A stretch of DNA of 64,000 nucleotides from the human T2T-CHM13v2.0 reference genome, Homo sapiens. The notes below the pieces were generated by a model. It did not search any database and was not told the DNA's origin. It worked only from the letters and a program-made list of their open reading frames with translations. Positions 54,321 to 64,000 of this stretch are shown piece after piece (position 1 is the stretch's first letter; the number at the start of each line of letters is the position of its first letter). Both the position numbers and the translations under genes were made by a program. The stretch is from the NCBI RefSeq assembly GCF_009914755.1, contig NC_060934.1, one strand, 5' to 3'.

Positions 54321-55059
54321 TTCTATCTCAAGAAATAGAAGCTCCTGGGAACCATAAGAACTGTGATAGTGGTGTATATAAGATGCTAAGGGGCCATGAG
54401 GAGGAAGTGGTTAAGTAATTCTGTATGTCACTTACTCCTCATTAGCTTTTTTTCAGATGTGTTGATCTCTGCACCTGGAGGGTGGGGCTGTGCTCTCTGC
54501 TTTTCTGCTTGGGTACAGGTACGTCATAGGAACTGCCTGTTTGCTTATTGGTGGAGACCAATTTATTCCAGTTCAGTTACCATCGACACATATTTCCTGA
54601 CAGTCCATACATTTGTTCATCAAATGTTAGTGTATCCTTCAGTGTCCCAGGCACTGGGGATGTTGAGATGAACTTTGTTTCACCTTTGATCTTCTTATGT
54701 TTAGTACAGGACCCAGACTTGACAACAGACTGCTGTAATGCAGGCTCATGACTGCTGTGGCTGTCTCTGGGCAGCAGTGTTACCACCAACAGCCCCAGCT
54801 ATAACAGCTACTACTTATTACATTATGTGCTTACTGCGTGCCAGGCACTGTTCTGGGGGCTTCGTAGGCATGACTTCATTTTATCTGCACAGAAACCCTA
54901 GGATGTGGATACCACAATGATCCCCATTTACACCCCGGGAGTCTGAGGAGCTTGCACTGGCCTGTACCTCCTTCCTGCCCTGGCACCTCCTTCCTGCCCT
55001 GGGTTCTGTTCCTCAGATCCTGTGGCTCGGGCAACAGCAACACTTAGCCAGCACAACTG

Positions 55060-55600
55060 TATTTTGAAACATTCGTGATAATTTCCTGTTACCAAAAGAA
55101 TGTGTGCTCACTGTAAAAAATAAACCAATACAGCAGGAAGTGATGTAAAAAATGAGCTCTCTTACCTACTCCTAGCTTTCTTACTCCTCAGTGATAACCA
55201 GTGGAATAATGTGGTCTCTACCTTAGAGATTTTTTTCTGTGCATTACAGGTGGGCACATGCATCCATATCATAGATGTGTTTACAGATGCTATTTTAAAA
55301 TGTATTTACTTATTTTAAGCTGTGAGTGTGCTACATATACATTCCATAGTGATTCTATGGAAATTCATTGTACTTTACCTACTTTTTTATTGATAGATAT
55401 TTGAGGTTGTTGACAATTTCTTTTTTCTTTTTTTTTTGCTATAACAACAAATGCTTCAATGAACTTTTTTGTATACTCTTGTAAGTTTTTTGTGAGATAA
55501 ATTTCTAGAAGTGTAATTCCTGAATTGAAAGGTTTGTTTATTTCAAATTTTGTTTGATGTTATCAAATTTCCCTCCAAAAAGTTAGCACCAATTAATGCT
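55060..55600 (-). mobile_element. L1ME-like degenerate 3' fragment
   Basis: 'attgatagatatttgaggttgt...gctataacaacaaatgcttcaatgaac...ataaatttctagaagtgtaatt'. Confidence 0.6.
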
Positions 55601-57231
55601 AATTCAACAATACTATTGAATTTAAACATCAAGTTGGTTGGTGAGTTTGCATTCAGAAACGACGGTGAGCTTTCTCCTGTGGAGCTGGAGGGTAATGATT
55701 TAGGGAAAGGGAGAAGTGAGGAAAAGGTCTATGGGTTAAGTGGGGAAGGGCAGGAGTTAGGGAAAAGGCACCTCGTTCTTGAGACCTAGGACCAAGGGCA
55801 TAGTCCTGATCTTGGAAGAAAAGTCGCCACCGTCCCCCATCATACAGTAGTTGGTGCTTCCAATTTCCAGTTTCATTCTTCTTAACAGTGGCATGGCTGG
55901 GTCTCCTCATTTGGATTCTGTTTTTATTTTAGCATGACCCTAAAACTGCCAACAAAATATCATTGTCTCAAGAAATGGATGTGAGCATCAGAAACAACTT
56001 TTATGCCACTCTTCAGATGCCAAGGATAATAATTCATTGGCTTCTCCAGCAGCTTGATGATCACATCCCTGCACGACGCACTTGGGGCTGCCAAGCCGTG
56101 GGACTGCTCTGTCAGTGTAGCCACGATTTAGTTTAAGAAGGGAAAGTGGACAGTGGAGGTAGGGGTGCTCCCTAGCATGGCTCTAGGAGAATGAGTGCTG
56201 ACTACAGTCACATTCAATCTACAAATATGTGCTAAAAGGAAGGGGCAGGCAAGTGATCTTATGGCTGCCGAGCATCTAGAAGAAAATAAATCAGAAGGGA
56301 CCCCAGCAGAGAACCTTCTACAAGCCACACCTAACTTAGGGTTTCCAAGTGTTCGGGGGGGCAGAATGAGCTAGAAAGTAATCTTGGAACCTCATTGTAG
56401 GGCATTTGTCTGGGGAATATTAATTCTTGTAAATCCACTGTGTAGCACACTACCTAAGATTCTTACCCCACCAGGAGGATTCAGGAATTCTCAACCAAGC
56501 AAGTTCACTGTCTTCATAAATCCTGGAGTTAAGGACTCTCTCCAGTGCAGCTATAATGGGAATGTTTCACACTGGCTCTTCCCTCACCACTGCAGTCACA
56601 TTTTTGGTGCTCAGAATGGACAGAGACTAGAAAGCAGGATGCTGGTCCTGGTTGGATTCCATATGGGAAAGCTCTATGCTCATTTAAGATTTCATTTTAT
56701 CATTGGGTATGACTCACAGTCCATAAGCTAAATATTATGATCTCCCTTTTACAGATGATGACACAGAGAAAACTTATTGAAGAGTGTCCCTTGAAAGATT
56801 CTTGTTTTCCATATCAAAGCCATCCTAAAGTGGGTTGTCAGGGCACATATTTGGAGTGGTTTTCTGTTTTTGTGCTCATCTGGATCTCCCACACATTTCT
56901 CCCCTGGTGACGAGGAGCCTCTGGGCTATCGTCCTGGACATTGGTGAGTCCAGCCACAGTGTGGTCTCAGTCCAGGGCCTGGGGTCTCCAGGCCTGGAAC
57001 CAAAGGTTAATAGGTAGAAGGTGAGTCAGTACTGAGTCTCCTGCCTGACAGACTGGGAAACACATGCAGACACTAGTGTCCACTCCCTGGGCACTCTCAC
57101 TGATTTTGATGAGTATTTACAGAACAGGCCTTGCTAAGCATGACTTACCTTTCTTAAATCACAAGTTTCCCTACGATTTTGTTATTTACCTCAGTTTGAC
57201 CATAAAAACTGCAGACTAAATACTCTCCCAA

Positions 57232-57760
57232 TGTACTGGTTATCTGTTGCTGCATAACTATACATATAGGCTTAAAACAATAATGAACGTTCTTTATGTC
57301 TCACAGTTTCTGTGGGTCAGGAATTTGGGAGCTGTTTGGCTGGGTGGTTCTGGCTCAGGGGCTCTCATGCGTTGCAGTAAAGAGGTCTGCTGGGGCTGCC
57401 ATCATCTGGAGGCTCTACAGGGGCCCCACTTCCAAAATGGCTCACATGAGGTGGGCAAGATACTGCTGGCTGTTGGCAGGAGACCTCAGTTCCTCCCCAG
57501 GTGCACTTCTCCATAGGGCTGCTTAGTGTCCTCACAACATGGCACCCGAACTCTCCCAAAGTGAGTGAGCCAATTAAGGGCAAGGTGGAAGCCACCATGT
57601 CTTTTTTGGCCCAGACTTGAAAGTCACACACTATTGTTTTTGCAATATCCTATCAGTTACACAGGTCAGCTCCATTCAGTGTGGAAAAAGATTACATGAA
57701 GACACGACTACCAGGAGGTGGGAGTCACTGAGGACCACCTTGGAGGCTGGCTACCACACA
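57232..57760 (-). mobile_element. MLT1F-like solo LTR
   Basis: TGTACTGGTTATCTGTTGCTGCATAAC...GGAGGCTGGCTACCACA; flanks CCCAA/CCCAG. Confidence 0.85.
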
Positions 57761-58703
57761 CCCAGGAAAGTGTATGCTTATCAATTCCACAAGAATCCAA
57801 ACAAGAGGACTAAAGGGCATCTCATGACTTAAGAAAGGAAAGTGTCTTAGAGAGCAGGTAAAATGGCTTCTGTAGTACTTGCCACATGTGAAGTGATATG
57901 CAAATGCAGTGTAGCTCATGTGATAATGGCTATGAATGGCTAAAAGGGTGTGATATCCTGAGCAGCTGGGGCCAGAGAGGGGACTTAGCAGCATTGTGAA
58001 GGAAATATGGCAAGGATATGAATCTGTTTAATGGGAGATCTATTTCCAGCCTGGACCTAGGCAAGAAGTAAGCCTCTCACAAGTAGCATAGTGTAGAGTT
58101 GTATGGCGTGTCCTACAGCAAGAAGCAGCAGCAGATAGACAAAGCAGCCAGATACAAAAAGGTAAACTCGTAAAAATACCCCACTGGGTCGTATATATTA
58201 TTACATTACATATAATATTTTTCTAATGTACTCATTTAAAGTTTAAAGTGTGCTATAAATACTTATATTGTATTTTGCATCATGATTTGGTGCTTGAAGG
58301 ATCTCTGCAAGGGCACACAACAGATAATGAGAGTTTTCTGCCCTTAGAAAAAGGGACCTCGGCCCCGAAGATGTTTGTAGAGACTGTCAATGGATGAGCA
58401 CAGAGGGGAACGCGCAATGCAGTTTTGACCCACTAGGGACCAATGAGCAAAGGGCCAACTTACCTGCATCAGAAAAGAGCTCATTTTGTAGAGTTCTGCC
58501 TGCCCAAAGGGCTTCTCCAGCTCCACGGTGAGGCGCACTTAGACATCAATAATAGGAGTGCTGCCTGTCATTTGTAGTTGTCACGTGCAATCTTGCCCAG
58601 GACTTCTCATTCCCGATGCGGGGATGTTGTCATTCTCAACAAATCCTCTTATTGTCTTCAGAAAGCCCCAAGTTAAGAAAAGCTTTTTCAGGTCTTATTA
58701 TAA

Positions 58704-59175
<472 letters not shown>

Positions 59176-59664
59176 TAAAAATCTTCTGTGATTCCGGTTT
59201 TAGTAAGAAAGACTGCTCTTGACTTCAACATTTGAGGTTTCAAACAGAAATGGGTATGTTTTAAAGGGATATTTGCCAGGCTCATGAGAAGGCCCTGGGG
59301 AGTCGTGGGATTTCAGAGAGCAGTCAGATCTTGGGGTGGGTCAGACTTAAGGACAAGAAAGTGCTGGTTCAGGACAAAACCCAACCAACCAAACAAACAA
59401 GTGCAGGTGATCCCTTGTGAGGGAAGGCAGGGATTGAGGGAAAGACAAGAGTACTTATTTAGTACCTACTGCCTACCCAGCACTGTACATGTGTAATCTA
59501 CTAGAGTAGTTTGTGACGATTAAAATTTACTCCACAAAAAGTTAACTCTGCCCCTCTATCCAGAAACATTGTTAGCCTAAGAAAGGAAAGAAATGCTGAG
59601 AAACCATGTGATGTGATAGAGGAGTCACTGGCTTTCAGGCTGTACAAAGATTTGGTTTGCTCAG

Positions 59665-60386
<722 letters not shown>

Positions 60387-60410
60387 CTTAGCAATCTCTA
60401 TTTCCTAAAG

Positions 60411-60742
60411 CAGGGATTGGCAAACTTTTCAGGCTAAGAGCTAGATAGTAGATATTTTAGGTTGTGTAGGCCACACAGTCTCTGTCTCAGCTACTTGACT
60501 CTGCTGCTGAAATGTGAATGCAGCCATAGACACACATAAATGAATGGACATGGGACTGAGTTTCAGTAAACTTTATTTATGGACACTAAACTTTGAATTT
60601 CATGTATTTTTCACACGTCCTGAAATATTCTTTTGATAAACAAGAAACTTTTAAAAATGGAAAAAGTTATCTGAGCTTGAAGGCCATACAAAAACAGGTG
60701 GAGGACTGGATTTGACTGGTGGCTATGGTTTGCTGACCCCTA
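60411..60742. mobile_element. MER58B (hAT-Charlie) with 8-bp TSD
   Basis: TIRs CAGGGATTGGCAAAC / GTTTGCTGACCCCT; TCCTAAAG (60403-60410) and TCATAAAG (60743-60750). Confidence 0.88.
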
Positions 60743-60958
60743 TCATAAAGAAAAAAACGCTTTATGCTAAATTGTAGCTGGATATGCTAAGTCAAGCCTG
60801 ATTAATAATAAGCCTTAAGCAGAAAAAGGTGAGCTTTAGGACAGAAGTCTTTGGGTCACCCTAATGACTCTTGAGAAACAAATTGCCATCTATAAACCCA
60901 AATATTTATGTCCTATTTCCATGCTGGCTTACCTGCTTTCAGAGCAGATAGCAGGTTA

Positions 60959-61387
<429 letters not shown>

Positions 61388-62522
61388 TTAGCTCTGCCTG
61401 CCTCAGAAGCAGGAGCTGATACCAGCGCTTGTGGGATGTGTGAGAGCTGGTGTTAAATGTTTGTCACTGCATGCACTTCCTGTACTGTTCGTCTTCAAGT
61501 TTACCTTTCTGTGCAGACACTAAGCCATCTCACCTGTTGCCCTCAATTGGGAGGACCACTCTGAATGGGGTTTCCATGATTACCATTTCTCTTCTATTTA
61601 GAGAGAATCTGCCATCTTAATATCCTGAAAACCAACAGACTTGAAGAGGCTGCAGACTGCACTGTACGGGAAGCCATAAGCAGAAGGAAAATAAGCTTAG
61701 CAAAGTATAGAGGAAGTTGGAGCAGGGGGGTAGGAGAAGAGGAGAAAAAAGCAGCTTGAATTTCAGCTTTTGTTGAAGGAAATAATTGAAAATTAAAATC
61801 ATTTTGATTTTCCTGGGAAACTGAATTGACTGGGAGCTCACCTGATATGTGAAAAGCAAGCTCGAGGTTCACCTACCATGCCGAATGTGTTCTGGTTTCC
61901 CACCAGCCACCCCGTCTTCCTTTGATGAACAGAGCTTTCTCTTAAGTAAACATTTAAGACCTAATTGGATCATTGGTGTGGTGTCACAGTAATTAATGCA
62001 CAGCCTGGAGTAGTTACACAAATGTTGGTCTGAGCAATACCAAGTACTGCTGAGAAATCAGAGGGGCCCGTGGGATCCAGCCAATGAGCCTGGTGCTCGA
62101 TTGTTCTTGGTGATGAGGAAGAAATAGCAGGAATATCTCCAGGATACAAGGTGTATTATTCAAAGATTAAAAAAAAATCTCAACAATGGCTGACCAGTGA
62201 TTAGAGCTTTATTATTTTGTTTAGCTAAGAATAGATTAAAATGACCCCAAAGAGAGAGCTCAGTGTTCTCATTGATTTTATGTTTTGTTATTTGGTTGAG
62301 ATTGGGGTGCAGAAACCAACTTGAGCTAGTTTAAGCCCAACAAAGGAATTCACTGTAAGGATGCAGAGGTTTTTGCTGGAACCCAAGAGCAGAAGTACAG
62401 CTAGGCTTCTGGAAAGGAATGGTCTTAGTATAGGGAAGCTGGGTGTGTTGTCTCTATCTCTCCTGCCTCTGTGCTCCAAAGAGCCACTACCTCATTTTTT
62501 CCCTCTCCCTGGAAATTTTCTC

Positions 62523-62938
62523 CACTGGTGTTGTAGTAAATGTCTAATACTCAATTCTCTGATGAAAGAGATGCCCCGATTTGCAGTGGTTGCCAATTTC
62601 CATGGTGTAAATACTTCCACCATGGCTGATTCAAAGCTACCAATGTGGAGGCAGAGTTGGGAAGAGATGTGCAATAGCTTATGATTATATAGTATTCCCA
62701 CCTTACAGATATATGGCTGTAAAGAATCTCAGGAGCATAGATTATAATAAACTATAATAAAATAATTAGGAAGTGGTGCATTTCAGTACTTATTACCTTT
62801 GTTTTAAATATAATTTAAATTTATATAATTTAATTTTTAATAATGGTTGTGTTCACAATTTGGCTTGCAGAATTCCTGCTAATTTAAGAAATCAGTCCTT
62901 GGGAGCTGGTACTTATGAGCTGATTCTAGCATACCACA
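62523..62938. mobile_element. MER63B/D-like hAT-Blackjack element, inside an old MLT1-like LTR (~62270-63180)
   Basis: 'ttgccaatttccatggtgtaaatacttccaccatggctgatt' is the reverse complement of the motif in the 51496 copy. Confidence 0.75.
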
Positions 62939-63229
62939 TTTCTTCCCCACTTCAGGGTACAGCACAAGGCAACACATGGCTGCCCCACAACTGTCTCTCC
63001 CAGAGGGATTCCACATTGGAATATGGCCCAATTCTGCATTATAGGAAGAGAGAATGTGGTTGGTTGAGTCTGGGTCAGGTGTTCTTGTTTGGGCAATCAG
63101 CTCTGGCTGGGAGTGTGCTGGAAGCAGGTCTTCCCTGGAAGGGGCAGGGGATGATGAATGTGTTAAAGGAATTTCCAGCAGCTTCCACGTCAAAGAGTAG
63201 TGCTTGTTCAGGATTTGTTATGTGCCAGG

Positions 63230-63420
63230 CAATTCAAAGATATTTTCTCATTTTTTCCTTCAGACTTCTGTGACGTGGACACTATTGTCCCTATTTTACA
63301 GCTGAGGAAACAGAGGGCCAGAGAGGTTTAGTAACTTACCTAAGGTCACATGGCCAGTAAACTGCAGAGATGAAATTCACATCCAGGCCCTGTTTTACCC
63401 CAAAGCCCTCTTTCACCAAC
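63230..63420 (-). mobile_element. MIR SINE
   Basis: 'cctattttacagctgaggaaacagagggccagagaggtttagtaacttacctaaggtcaca'. Confidence 0.85.
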
Positions 63421-63530
63421 CAGGTTATCTCTCATGCAGAGATACCATGCAAAATGGGAGGCCTGAGCAAGAGTAATAACGTTCCTGAACCTGTAGAGGA
63501 ACAGCAACAGCTGGAATAGAGAATAAGGAG

Positions 63531-63578
63531 GAAAAAAAACACACACACACACACACACAAAACAAACAAACAAAAAAA
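63531..63578. repeat. Compound (AC)10 / (AAAC)n microsatellite
   Basis: Seen directly in the sequence. Confidence 0.9.
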
Positions 63579-64000
63579 CCCAGAATGTGAATAAGAGGAA
63601 TGAGAGCAAAAGCATGTATTATTTTTACTGAAAAACTCCAATCTTGCTGCAGTTGCTTCTCTTCTTTCTTTTAATCTCTGGGGGTGAGAGGCAGATACTG
63701 ATTTCTTTGTAATTTAGGGTTTTGTTGCAGATCCTGTTGAGTTGAATAGGGGTGTGGATGCTCATTTTTACTTTATTCATTGTTTGCCTTCCCCGGTCAC
63801 TTTTGTGTGCTTCTGCCCCCAGGTATTGGGCACAGTTAATTCTTCCTGCAATTAGTATTCATGGTCAGCTAAGCAGAACTAATGCAACAACCGTTTTTAC
63901 TTTGAAGGTTATATTACATGTTTCCAAGGTCCTGCAGAAGAGGCTCTTTATGAATAAGATATTCTTGACCCTCTCTAGGAATTTAATTTTCCCTTTTCCG

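Noticed and set aside
54966-55002. 19-bp tandem duplication (ACCTCCTTCCTGCCCTGG x2)
   Set aside because: Ordinary slippage duplication with no further signal.

Overview
Primate genomic DNA, probably human or another catarrhine because AluY elements are present. It appears entirely intronic or intergenic: I find no credible protein-coding exon, RNA gene, CpG-island promoter or CRISPR array. The ORF track consists of chance ORFs and translated Alu, L1 and MaLR remnants. Interspersed repeats dominate the window: about 19 Alu/FLAM pieces, L1PA/L1M fragments, L2, MIR, L3, MaLR/ERVL LTRs, a near full-length THE1 provirus, and the DNA transposons Tigger3, MER2, MADE1, MER5, MER20, MER33, MER58, MER63 and MER91. 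Subfamily names come from recalled consensus sequences and need RepeatMasker/Dfam confirmation. The most unusual structure is a 348-bp inverted duplication (345/348 identical, no indels, 248-bp spacer; 19474-20417) inside an ancient degenerate L1, abutting a small L1PA insertion. Other points of interest are a higher-order 77+45-bp minisatellite, a 230-bp pure-pyrimidine tract containing (AAGGG)10 in an Alu-tail context, multi-level nested transposons, an intact MADE1 (miR-548-type) hairpin and repeat-free, homeobox-motif-rich candidate enhancers. I cannot support a new gene-encoded system here.
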